A DNA stretch of 64,000 nucleotides from Octopus sinensis (GCF_006345805.1 NC_043004.1:34348001-34412000); one strand, 5' to 3'; shown: positions 51,859 to 63,906, numbered from the stretch's first letter. The notes: generated by a model from the letters alone, not told the origin. Translations and numbers: made by a program.

Positions 51859-52535
51859 GGCGCAGGAGTGGCTGTGTGGTAAGTAGCTTGCTTACCAACC
51901 ACATGGTTCCGGGTTCGCATCCACTGTGTGGCACCTTGGGCAAGTGTTTTCTACTATAGTCTCGGGCCGACCAAAGCCTTGTGAGTGGATTTGATAGATG
52001 GAAACTGAAGGAAGTCTGTCATATATATATATGTATATATATATATGTGTCTGTGTTTGTCCCCCAATACAATATGACAACTGGCTTTGGCATGTTTACG
52101 TCCCCATAACTTAGCAGTTTCATGAAAAAGATCAATAGGCATAGGAGTGGCTGTGTGGTAAGTAGCTTGCTAACCAACCACATGGTTCCGGGTTCAGTCC
52201 CACTGTGTGGCATCTTGGGCAAGTGTCTTCTACTATAGCCTCGGACCGACCAAAGCCTTGTGAGTGGATTTGTTAGACGGAAACTGAAAGAAGCCTGTCG
52301 TATATATGTATATATATGTATGTGTGTGTGTGTTTGTGTGTCTGTGTTTGTCCCCCTAGCATTGCTTGACAACCAATGCTGGTGTGCTTACGTCCCCGTC
52401 ACTTAGCGGTTCGGCAAAAGAGACCGATAGAATAAGTACTGGGCTTACAAAGAATAAGTCCTGGGGTCGATTTGCTCGACTAAAGGCGGTGCTCCAGCAT
52501 GGCCACAGTCAAATGACTGAAACAAGTAAAAGAGT
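51859..52535 (+). mobile_element. Two SINE family A copies: 51859-52137 interrupted by a full copy at 52138-52535
   Basis: Two complete heads 279 bp apart. Confidence 0.9.
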
Positions 52536-53087
52536 AAGGACTAAAGAATAGATACAAGCCTTAAAACAAAATATTAATGACTTAAAATCTATCAAGACTG
52601 ACACAAATAAAAGAGAAAAGATGAATATAATTCTGTGAACGAGAAATGTTAAACTTACAAATTTTGTTGAAGAAGAGAAAGTAGACCTGGCATTATATTT
52701 CTCAAACTATCAGGATATCTAGTGTCAATAAAGGGAAATATGCCAGTTATCTTGATAGGTAAATTTTACTGGTTTTTTTATTTAAAAAATAAAAATTGGT
52801 TTGAAAGATTAAATTACAGTCTTCTGCATCTTCTGTTGATCGTCAAGATTAAAAATAGATTTGGTTTCTTTTTATCCAGATGTCTTTAATTTAAAGGCTT
52901 TTTTTTTTTAATTATTTTTGTTTGTCTATGTTACTGACATGTCTATTTTTAAGCAAACATTTATCTTTGAAAGCAGAGATATTAACCGTAATAATAATTA
53001 AAATAAAAAAGAGTAAATGAAGAAAATAATTAACTAATAGTTACATTAATTGTTTTGTCTTGGAATTTTTTGTTTTTTTGTGTGTGT

Positions 53088-53137
<50 letters not shown>

Positions 53138-53938
53138 AGAAAGTGAACGAGAGAGCAAGGGAGAAAGAGAGAATGAGGGAGAGTGTGCATGTGTGTGTGT
53201 GTGTGTGTGTACAAAGGCCGAAAATGATGATATATGCTTTGAATTTCTACTTCATTGTCTTTGTTTTCTCTTTTTAAATGTTATTGGAATTTCTCAATTT
53301 CCATTGAAAGAGTCTCAGTGTAAATATTTCCTCTGATAATTGATGACCCACTACAATTTTTAAAGACAGACTGAAAAATGTGATTAAAATTACAAAATCA
53401 TTAAAACAGTAAGTCAACAAATATAAATTGCTACTTGCTTCCAAAAGCCTCAAGGTAGAACATAACAAAGAATAAAAGAGTCAGAATACATCGTTAGACA
53501 TTTTACACGTTATTGTAATCAAGCTGATTGTCCAGACGGTAGCAGTTGAAATAAAAGAGCGAATTGTTAGCAGCTGTCTTTACTGGACACTAATCTTTAA
53601 AAGTGCTCTTAACCTGGGTTGTTAGGTATTTTAGTTACCATTGTGATGGGGCTTTACTGGTCATTGTTTATTTTTGGCCATATACTTATTCTGAACATTC
53701 CTTCAACTATTCCTTCAACATTCCTTCAACTATTTCAACTATAAATGGTGGCTGCATGAGAAATAGCGAATCATTTTGCTGATTCTGATGTCATAGAAAT
53801 GCCTTTTAAATTGTTGCGGTGCTTTTAAGCTTGCGTTTAGCTTTTCATAATATGGTGTTCATTTATGGATGTTAAATTTCCCATGCATAAGACACTGATC
53901 TACTGCAGTAAATATTTTTAGATGAGATTATTATTATT

Positions 53939-54489
53939 GAGTGAGAGTGCAGTGCATGCCATCAGAGTGATACTGGGGTAAAATATACGAAGCCCAGTAT
54001 ACCCATCATGACTACCCGTCTGATAAGGTTTACACCAGGCACATGCATCACAACCATATGTGTGCGACATGGTGATCTCATGTCAAGATAAACAGCACAT
54101 GACCTTGCAGATGGGCCCAGTTAGAATTTTCTTCAGGTCAAGTAACCCATCCTGCTCAAAAGGTCCCTGAATAAGGATTGTTTAAGGATGTTGAATGAAG
54201 CACCGATGTTTCCAGAGGTGAACTATTCAAACCCCAAACAATCCCTCTCAACACACAGCTATGATGCTCCCCCACTACTTCTGCTCATTCAGATATGCAC
54301 ATATCGTCAGTCACTAAGGGACATGCTCAACTGGTTAAGATCAAACAACTGACAAGCAAATCTGTGGTATTGAGCAGAATATTTGCTGTAGCCCATCTTT
54401 TATACCAGGACAAAACATGTACATGATAACACTTCCAATCAGTTAAGATCAGACGCCATGAGAGCCACTGTCTGGCACTGCATCAGGGC

Positions 54490-54490
<1 letters not shown>
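53939..54490 (-). mobile_element. ~550-bp non-coding element embedded in (AAT)n, full-length copy
   Basis: Flanked by (TTA)n on both sides; its 3' end recurs at 55262-55321 and 57274-57434. Confidence 0.8.
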
Positions 54491-54570
<80 letters not shown>

Positions 54571-54586
54571 TATTATTATTATTATT

Positions 54587-54963
54587 CTATGTTTGACTTT
54601 TGCTTTATATTTGTACAAGTTGGCTCCAAGTCTCACCCAGAGACCTCAAGAGACAACAAGTTGTAAGTTCATATTGGTGTTATGTCTAGGGTGCCGTATA
54701 TTTGGTTTTGTACTTAGTGTTGTACTAGTGAATGTCTAAAAAACCATACAAAAATTATTTGTTTTAAAACTTGAGATTACATAGAAAGTATTTTGCGTAG
54801 GATATGAGCAGTTCCCATGAGCACTATCTTTTGAATTTCTGCCATTTTTGGGTTTCCTGGTATCTGAGTTAGGTAGCTATCAGCCCCTTTTGCTATCATT
54901 CCCAGGGCACCTATGACAACAGGTATTGTTTTAGTCTTCAGGTTCCACATTTTGCTGATTTCT
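54587..54963 (-). mobile_element. 5'-truncated R4/Dong-type element (endonuclease C-terminus plus 3' UTR)
   Basis: IEISKMWNLKTKTIPVVIGALGMI...IQKIVLMGTAHILRKILSM*; (AAT)n on both sides. Confidence 0.9.
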
Positions 54964-54987
54964 ATTATTATTATTATTATTATTATT

Positions 54988-55191
54988 CCCTCTCTCTCTT
55001 TCGGAGAGGCACTGAGCAGCTTAACGCACACATACACACACGGCAGCAACTTCCACCTACTGAATTCAATCACAAAGCTCCGGTCGGCTCGAGACTATAG
55101 TGGAAGACACCTACCCAGAGTGCCACGCAGTGGGACTGAACCCGAAACCATGTAGCTAGGAAGCAAGCTCCCTAACCACACAGCCATGCCC
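54988..55191 (-). mobile_element. SINE family A head with an alternative tail ending in (AAT)n
   Basis: GGGCATGGCTGTGTGGTTAGG...GGTTCAGTCCCAC, then GTTAAGCTGCTCAGTGCCTCTCCGAAAGAGAGAGGG(AAT)n. Confidence 0.8.
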
Positions 55192-55192
55192 G

Positions 55193-55224
<32 letters not shown>

Positions 55225-55325
55225 TATTATTATTATTATTATTATTGTTATTATTATTATTGAGTGAGCGAGCAGAGCATGCCATCAAAGTGACACTGGG
55301 GTAAAATATACGAAGCCCAGTATTA

Positions 55326-55356
<31 letters not shown>

Positions 55357-55403
55357 TATTATTATTATCATTTTCATTATCATTATTATTATTATTATCA
55401 TTA

Positions 55404-55482
<79 letters not shown>

Positions 55483-55483
55483 A

Positions 55484-55514
<31 letters not shown>

Positions 55515-55520
55515 TATATT

Positions 55521-55594
<74 letters not shown>

Positions 55595-55655
55595 TATCAT
55601 CATTATCATTATTATTATTATTATCATTATCATTATTATCATTATTATATTATTA

Positions 55656-55725
<70 letters not shown>

Positions 55726-55800
55726 CATTCTTATTCTTATTCTTATTCTTATTATCATCATTATTATTATTATCATCATTATTATTATTATTATTATTAT

Positions 55801-55841
<41 letters not shown>
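55192..55841. repeat. Compound (ATC)n/(ATT)n/(ATCATT)n/(ATTCTT)n/(AGT)n tract
   Basis: Direct reading. Confidence 0.95.
55262..55321 (-). mobile_element. 60-bp 3'-terminal copy of the 53939-54490 element
   Basis: GAGTGAGCGAGCAGAGCATGCCATCAAAGTGACACTGGGGTAAAATATACGAAGCCCAGT within (TTA)n. Confidence 0.85.
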
Positions 55842-56280
55842 TACTCTATCTCTGTGTTACTAAGATATATTTCAGAATGATCCATTAAGTTTTGGTGGGG
55901 TGGTTGCCTATTTCAAGGCGTGTTATATCACATTTTCTGTTGCCAAACAGAGAGTTCCAGAGAGCTATTTTATTCCTTAGTTTCTCACCATTTTTGGGTA
56001 AAAGAACAAATTTTCCAAAAATTGTGTGTGGCCTCAAGTATTCATGGTCATTTTGTTTCGCTTAATAATGTTAAAGGAAAAAATGACTTTGGCCAAAAGT
56101 AAGACACAAACCATATTTTTGCTTTACGTCAACCTGATTAAAGAAGGACTACAAACATTAGAAAGTTATTTGTATACAAGCACTTTTAATAGAAACTCCA
56201 TTTCATCAAGCAAAATAACTTTCTACCCAAAAGTGAATTGTAAACAATATTTAATTTGTTCAAATAATAGTAATAATAAT

Positions 56281-56754
56281 GGAAGGCATCGTCGAAAATA
56301 GAAATGCAAAGATCCTATGAGATTTTATGATTCAGTACAACCATGTGAAAGAGAATAGCAAGCCAGACATAGTCTTAATTGAGAAAGAAAACAAACTATG
56401 CTACATCATAGACATAGCATGCCCAGCTGACAACAAGGTATGCAATAAGGAAGAAAGAAAAGTCGATAGATATGACAGGTTAGCTTGGGAAGTTAAGCAG
56501 TTGTGGCCGAAAAAAAAAGTAGCAGTAGTACCAATAATTGTTGGAGCCCTGGGAACAACGAGTAAAAATCTTAAGAGATACATGGAACAAATAGAGGCTG
56601 CAATAAGGGTGGAGCACTTGCAGAAAACAGCACTGCTTGGAACCGCCCGAATACTCTGGAAGGTGCTTGAAAAATAAGAGGTGTTACCTTAGTTCACTGG
56701 TAGTGAACAGCTGACACCGTAGTACATCTGCAGTGTTAGAAGCTGTGCAAAGGC
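56281..56754 (+). mobile_element. 5'-truncated R4/Dong-type element (restriction-like endonuclease plus 3' UTR)
   Basis: KPDIVLIEKENKLCYIIDIACP (PD..D), VVPIIVGALG, QKTALLGTARILWKVLEK*; (AAT)n on both sides. Confidence 0.92.
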
Positions 56755-56777
56755 AATAATAATAATAATAATAATAA

Positions 56778-56827
<50 letters not shown>

Positions 56828-56829
56828 TA

Positions 56830-57000
56830 GGCGTAGGTGTAGAAGTGGCTGTGTGGTAAATAGCTTACTTACACACCACATGCTTCCAGGTTCAGTCCCA
56901 CTGTGTGGCACCTTGGGCAAGTGTCTTCTACTATAGCCTCGGACCGACCAAAGCTTTGTGAGTGGATTTTGTAGACAGAAACTGAAAGAAGCCCGTCGTA

Positions 57001-57032
<32 letters not shown>

Positions 57033-57268
57033 CGTGTGTGTGTGTGTTTGTGTGTCTGTGTTTGTCCCCCCAACATCACTTGACAACTGATGCTGGTGTG
57101 TTTACTTTCCTGTCACTTAGCGGTTCGGCAAAAGAGACCGATAGAATAAGTACTAGGTTTCCAAAGAATAAGTCCTGGGGGTCGATTTGCTCGACTATGC
57201 TTGACTAAAGGTGGTGCTCCTGCATGGCCGCAGTCAAATGACTGAAACAAGTAAAAGAGTAAAGAGTA
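56830..57268 (+). mobile_element. SINE family A, full length
   Basis: Head, (TA)(TG) tract and tail present. Confidence 0.95.
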
Positions 57269-57273
57269 ATAAT

Positions 57274-57434
57274 GCAGGGACCTGCAAGATCATGCACTAT
57301 TAATCTTGATATGAGAACTCCATGTTGCACACTTATGGTTATGATACATGTGCCTGGTGTATCAGACGGGTATATTGAGCTTTGTATATTTGTACGCCAG
57401 TGTCGCTTTGATAGCATGCACTGCTCTCTAGGTC
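57274..57434 (+). mobile_element. Diverged 3' copy of the 53939-54490 element
   Basis: CCTGCAAGATCATGC...GATACATGTGCCTGGTGT...GCATGCACTGCTCTCT, flanked by AATAAT on both sides. Confidence 0.8.
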
Positions 57435-57546
57435 AATAATAGCAACAACAAAAGCAACAATGACCACAACAACAATGATGATGACGATGATGACGAAGAT
57501 GATGATGATTATGATGCTGATGCTGATGAGGATGATAAAGAAAATT

Positions 57547-57577
<31 letters not shown>

Positions 57578-57578
<1 letters not shown>

Positions 57579-57835
57579 ATGTTGAGCGAAAAATTTTGCC
57601 ATATTTCGGTAGCTTATTTACTTTACTTGTCATGTTACAACAAAAGCATTCAAAGTAGAAGCCATCATGTTGGATTGTCTGAAGTGATCTTTCTCCCAGT
57701 TCTTGTCCTTCAAAGAACTCCTTCGCTGAAGCTTCTACCTCCCCTTGATTGAAAAACCTCACAGTCTCAGTAATTGATCCATGGATCGAAACAAGTAATA
57801 GCGAGAAGGGGATATCTTTCTGCAAGCCTAACATG
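57578..57835 (-). mobile_element. Mariner transposase C-terminal remnant with right end
   Basis: RFFNQGEVEASAKEFFEGQELGERSLQTIQHDGFYFE, followed by TIR-like TTTTTCGCTCAACATA. Confidence 0.7.
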
Positions 57836-58854
57836 CATAAGCAATACCATTGATTGCACCACTTAGCTGGAACCTTGACCCTTGAAAGACGAAAAGTAAA
57901 GTTGACCTTGGCAGCATTTGAACTCAGATCATAAAGAACTGGAACAAATATTGCAAGATGTTTTTTTTTTTCTGAGCTCGTTGTTCAATAGTGATTTTCA
58001 TAAGTGTAGAAAAAGCAATCAAAAAATATATAAGGTAAAAAAAAAAGATGCCATAAGATATTGCTTCAATATATTTTAGGAAATACTAGAACATAAGTTT
58101 TCATGTAAATCATTGCAGACAGGAATGTTAGCAGCTGGTCACAGCCAGCATACTGTTGACAAGATGGCAGCCACCCAAGGTGAAGGAATGTCAAGAGTAG
58201 CTGAAGTTGAAGAACTGACAGTCTTTGAGAAACAAAGAAACATAGACAACTAAAAATATGTTGAAGAAAACAGTCAAAACTACAAGAAAAGAAAGAAGAA
58301 AACGGTCGAAATGGATGAAGGGTGATAAAATAGCTTCATAAAATAGTAAGAAGAAAAATTAGTGCCATCTTAGACTCAGCTCATTTTATACAGATGAGGG
58401 AAAAGATAAGATGTAAAAGCAATTCCAATACATATCATGGCAAATATTAGCTTTACCATATTCTAGAGAATGTATTCTTGATGTCAGTTCTTTGCTGCTC
58501 TATGTCCACCAGTTTTAAGCACTGTTTTATCAGCAAATAATCTGGAAAATCTTATTTGTTGATTTCTGAACATTTGGTTAGCATTGAATGGAGATTCTTC
58601 TTCCTAATGATGAAATCACTGATATCATTTTCATCTACCAGGTTGCTCAGGTAGTAACACTCCTTGACCACAGCATTAATTTGCTTGCTCCGTCTATGCC
58701 ACGTGTGGCAGTCCCTTTCTGGATATCGACAGGCTGGAGCCAGACCAGAATCCCTGAGCTTGCCGGGTGCAACATTGTCACCATCAATAGCTTTTCATTA
58801 CCACCATTATTCACAATATTTTGTTTTGTCATTGTTAGCATTATTATTATTATT

Positions 58855-58960
58855 GTTTTTTTTCCTTCAAATTTTCTTCCATTTCTCACCGAGCGTTTTC
58901 CGTACACCTAGGGCAGAGAAGCTCATTGTATGCATTCCCAGATTACACACACAAATTCAC
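58855..58960 (-). mobile_element. Short 3' end of another (AAT)n-tailed element
   Basis: Minus strand ends CTCGGTGAGAAATGGAAGAAAATTTGAAGGAAAAAAAAC(AAT)n. Confidence 0.45.
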
Positions 58961-59012
58961 TAGTAAAATATGTATTTAAAAAATTAATTAAAAAAATTGA
59001 TAAATAATTATA

Positions 59013-59051
<39 letters not shown>

Positions 59052-59054
<3 letters not shown>

Positions 59055-62000
59055 TAGTTTTATTTTTATAGCGTGCTTTCACTTCACTACCGAGCGCAGC
59101 TCTGTGTGCCTTGGGTATGTGTTGTGATTTGTTGTGATGCTCTGATGGCTATTGTATGGAAAGTGTTCTGCGTAGGATGTGTGCAGTGCCTAGTAGTGCA
59201 ATTTTCTGTATGTTATATGTGTTTGTAAGTCCTGGTGCTTTTGTTATGTATTTGTCTGAATATTTTTTATCATGCCTAATGCACCTACTATGATAGGAAT
59301 TTTCTGTTTTCAGATTCACGTTCTGGTTACCTCTATTTCCAGGTTTTTGTATTTTGAGAGTTTCTCCATTTCTTTTAGAGACACGTTGTCATCTGCCGGT
59401 ATTGATACATCAATTAGAAAGCATTTTTTTTCTTCATGATCTCTGACAACTATATCTGGCCTGTTGGCCTTAATTTCTCTATCTGTGTGTATCAGCATAT
59501 CCCAGAGTATGGTTGCTTTCTCGTTTTCTGTGACCTTTTCTGGTGTGTGCCTATACCATCTTTTTTCTGTTATTCCATAATGTTGGCATAGCTTCCAATG
59601 TATGTAGGTTCCAACTCTGTCATGTCTGTGAATATATTCCTTCTTAGCCAGGACTGGCAGCTAGAATAATGTGATTTATTGTTTCTTGTCCATCTCCACA
59701 TATTCTGCAGTTACTTGTTATATTTCTTTTCATTACATTTTTTGGTAATTTCTGGTGAGGAGGCTTTGGTCTTGTGCTGCAATTAAAAATCCCTCTGTCT
59801 CTGCTTTGAGTCCTGAGCTTCTCAACATTGCTGGGATTTTTCTTTGTCTATCTCTTTTGCGTTTAGTTTAGTCCAGTATTTACCATAAAGGGGCTTTTCT
59901 TGCCATCGTTTTATCATGGTTCATTGCTGTTCTATTTTTAGTTTGGATTTCATTTGTTTTATAGCTTTTGTTGTTTCTTCATCTTCTTCTTCTTCTTCAT
60001 ATTTATTAGGTGGTATGATTTCTTGTTTGTATTTGTCAGCTTCCTTAAATACTGAGAACAGTTTTTTTGTTTTGCTCGTGTTTTGCCGCTATTTGTATCA
60101 GTTTTTTTTCCTTCTGAAGTAGATATTTTTTCAGTCCTATGGTGGTTATTTTATAGTAGTTTTCCAGTTGTATAAGGCCTCTACCACCTTCTATACGTTG
60201 TATATATAGTCTTTCTATGTCAGATTTTGGTGATGCATCCTAGATCCTGTCATTATTTTTCTTGTTTTCCTATCTATTTTGGTCAGTTCATTTCGTGTCC
60301 AGTTAAGGATATTGTAGCCGTAACTTATAACTGGGACAGCTAAAGTGTTAATACCTATTATCTTGTTTTTAGCATTGAGCTCTGTTTTTAGTATTGATCT
60401 AACTCGTCTATAATATTCTTTTTTTATTTTCTCTTTCATTTGTGTGTGCTGTGTCTTATCTAGTTCATGGATTCCTAAGTATTTGTAAGTTTGGCTTTGG
60501 TCTAATTCTTTTATTTCATTGGTTTTATCTAGTGTGATGTTGCTACTCTTAACTAGTTTTCCTCTTTTCATGGTTACTTTGGCGCATTTTTCTAATCAAA
60601 ATTTCATATCTATTTCTTTGGTAAATCCATGAACTGTCTTTAATAGTGTTTCCAGCTGTTTGTCATTTGCAGCGTATAGTTTTAGGTCATCCATATATAA
60701 AAGGTGGCTGATCGTTTTGCCGTAACATTTATATCCACATCCAGTTCTATTTAGTATATCAGATAGAGGTCACAGTGCCAAGCAGAAAAGGAGTGGAGAG
60801 AGCGTGTCTCCCTGGAATATTCCTCTTCTAATGGGGATGTCTTTGGTTTTCATGAGTCCCTCTTTTGTTTGGAGCTGTAGCACGGTTTGCCATTTATTCA
60901 TAGAGTGCTCTATGAATTTTATGATTGTTGGTGCTACTTTGTTAATGGCTAGTGTTTCGAGGATCCATGAGTGGGGGATGCTATCAAACGCCTTTTTGTA
61001 GTCAATCCAGGTCATACCGAGGCCTTTCTTCTTTCTGTGGCTGTCTTCAGTTATGGCTTTATTAATCATTAGTTGATCTTTACAGCCATATGAGCCTTTG
61101 CGGCATCCTTTCTGCTCTTCTGGGAACAGTTTGTTTTCGTCCAGGTGCTTGTTCAACCTTTGCGATATCACTGCAGTAAATGCCTTGAACATTGTAGGGA
61201 GGCAGGTTATTGGTCTGTAGTTTTTTGGTTTTGGTTGCTGTCTCATTTGATTTGGGAATTAAAATGGTTTCCCCTTCGTGAGCCATTCAGGCATTGTCTC
61301 TGGCTCTGCTAGTATGTTGTTAAAGTTTTCAGCCAGCTTTTTGTGCATTCCTGTTAGATATTTCAACCAGAAGTTGGGGATCTTGTCATGCCCAGGTGCC
61401 TTCCAGTTGCTTAGTCTTTGCAGTGCCTGGGTGACCTCTTCAGTTGTTATGGGGATCCAAAGTTGTTCAGATGCCGAGTTTGTTATTTTCATACTCCTTT
61501 TTTTTGGTTGTTCGTTCGCCGACCATATTTCTCTCCAAAATTCTTCCAATTCTTCTGCCGTTGGTGCTGCAGTGACTTCTATTTTATTTTTGCCAAGTTC
61601 TTGGTAGAACTTTTTGGGGTTGGAGTTGAACTTTTTGTTTTGTTCAAAGAAGCGCTGGCGTTTCTCATACCGGCGGATCCTTTGTGCTTTGGCAAGGATA
61701 TCTTGCTTCAGCTTTTCTTTTATTTCAGGTAAATCTTTCTCTGTGATGTTATATTTGTGGAGTATTTTTGTTTTCTTTTTGTTGCTCAGTAGCGTTGATT
61801 GTTTGCTGATTTCATTAAGAATCGACAGATCTTTTCTCATTTTTTGTATTTTGCTTTGATGTTATTTATCCACAGGGTTTTGGTTGGGTGGTGGTACTCC
61901 TGTTTGGATGGGTTTGAGTGAGTATCCAGCTTCTTTTGTGGCTACAGTGGCTGCTGCGTATATTAAGTCATTTAGCTCATTGATATCGCTTTTTGTTTCA

Positions 62001-62064
62001 GTGGCTATTAGTTCCGTGACGGCTAGGTTTATTCTGTTTATAATTGGTGTTATTGTTTCGTCTA

Positions 62065-62068
<4 letters not shown>
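59052..62068 (-). mobile_element. R4/Dong-clade non-LTR retrotransposon, ~3 kb, 5'-truncated and inactivated
   Basis: RT motifs NWKAPGHD, NYRPITCLPT, WIDYKKAFDS, RGIFQGDTLSP and YMDD (60686-60697); CRICG..ETINHI..C knuckle (59656-59709); RPDIV..IDVS endonuclease (59403-59463); (AAT)n on both flanks. Confidence 0.95.
59149..62068 (-). pseudogene. Disrupted single ORF of the Dong-like element (RT-CCHC-RLE)
   Basis: ORF pieces 61259..61840, 60770..61246, 60215..60571 and 59316..59498, separated by stops and 1-nt indels. Confidence 0.92.
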
Positions 62069-62113
<45 letters not shown>

Positions 62114-62370
62114 TTATTATTATTATTATTATTATATCATATTATTATTAATTTTCTTTAATAGGTTGCAACTTTAAAAGCACAAATATTCAAGGTTGAC
62201 AAATCTCTGTAAAAATATCCCAGAAATGTACATGTGAGGGAAATATATTATGCAGCTTATAAGATAGAATTAAGAATTTAAGGAAATTGGTAGAACTTTT
62301 TTGCCCAACAGATTTATTCACACACACTCACACACACACAAACATCGATACATAATGAATTGCCTCTTTT

Positions 62371-62553
62371 CCTACCCATTGCTACCTACAGAGTTAACTC
62401 TCCCCATACCAATAGCTACTATTCAGTTACCTCTCTTCATACCAGTGGCTACCTACTGAGTTACATTTCTTCCTACTGATAACTACTTTTAAGTTACTGC
62501 TCTTCATATGGCCACCAATTGAGTTACCTCCCTTCACACCAATGACTAATTCC
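62371..62553. repeat. Degenerate 33-34-bp minisatellite, about 5.5 copies
   Basis: Approximate consensus CATACCAATGGCTACCTACTGAGTTACCTCTCTT. Confidence 0.8.
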
Positions 62554-62629
62554 ATTTCATACTTTACATTCTTGAAAGAAGTAACAGATAACACCATAAA
62601 GGTTGCCCTAATTGAATGTGAACATTTGA

Positions 62630-63130
62630 GGGCTTTGCCCTTAGAAAGTCAAAGTCGACTGTCTGGAATCAGTAAATCAATACTATAATACTGAATTCTA
62701 TGTTGGCATCGTAGACTTTGGACAGTTTTACCCAATTTTGCTTTTATAAGATAGTAAAATATGGTTTGAGAGACATTTGGTTGTTATATCTGGCAGGTCG
62801 TATGACCATATAGAGGTTCCTTTTTGGTTTGTCTAGTTCTAAATAGTTCTTACAGACAGTTGAGTTCACTGCTGAAGTAATAATTCGTTGGCTTAAAATG
62901 CCGCATTTAATTCCTCCCCGGAGAAAACCACATGCAATAGACTGGCATCTTGAAAGATTGGTCTCTAATCTGTTTAATGTTATATAAATCAGTGATAAGC
63001 ACAGCCATATTGATTCTTGTGATTTAGGAATGATTATAATACCACACAGCAAATATTAAACTGTTGGCATATTAAAACCATGACAAGGTTTCCATTCCAG
63101 GCAAAGCCCTTTAACTTCACTTAAAACAAC
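62630..63130 (-). mobile_element. Decayed L1/Tx1-like RT remnant
   Basis: GIIIIPKS...YITLNRLETNLSR...KRNLYMVIR, then a frameshifted D.VDFDFL; order matches RT domains 1-3. Confidence 0.45.
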
Positions 63131-63689
63131 TACTTCTGTTCTTGGTAAAGTTTGAGATATTTTATTATTCCATTCTTCAACGCCTGAAATGAATGTTCTT
63201 TGTGCCTAACCAAAAAAAGTAATTACCATTCTATTTGTTATTTTGGAATTTGAATGGTGGAATCAGTAGAGCACCAGAGAAAATGGTTTGCAGTGTTTAC
63301 ATGCATTTATTTGCAGAATCACAGTTCGAATTTCAACACTGACTATTCCAATTCTTTGAAACCAAGTTCATTAGAATGTAAACTGCATAGACAACGTATA
63401 ACATCAAGACAGACATCTGTATGCTGCTGCTACTGCTACTACTATTACTATGGCTAATCCACTTACTTTGGGTAGGTCTTCCCTGGGTAGACATCAAATT
63501 ACAAACACACACAAGCAACAAAATGGCTCTGCAACCATCTTCTTCTCATTATCACCATCATCTTAATGTCATCATTAACATTACTGTTTTGGTCATATTT
63601 TTAATGAGTGTTTCTCTACACAAATCAAAACTTTAACCTCTTGGAAACTGGTATAAAGTGCACAATACTACTTTGCCACTCAGTCGAGA

Positions 63690-63900
63690 CGTTTTGTCTT
63701 GTGAATTTCTTGGTGACCTCACTAGTGCCAATACTTCATAAAAAGCATTCAGTCCATTCTGTAAAGTGGTTAGTGTTAGGAATGGTATCAAGCTGTAGAA
63801 ACCATGTCAAAGCAAACATTGGAGCCTGATGCTGTCCTCTGGCTCACCAGAACCTCTTAAACCATCCAATCCATGAAAGATGGACGTTAAATGATGATGG
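63690..63900 (+). mobile_element. Non-autonomous element with RTE-type tail
   Basis: GTGGTTAGTGTTAGGAATGG...GATGGACGTTAAATGATGATG. Confidence 0.8.
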
Positions 63901-63906
63901 TTTGGT

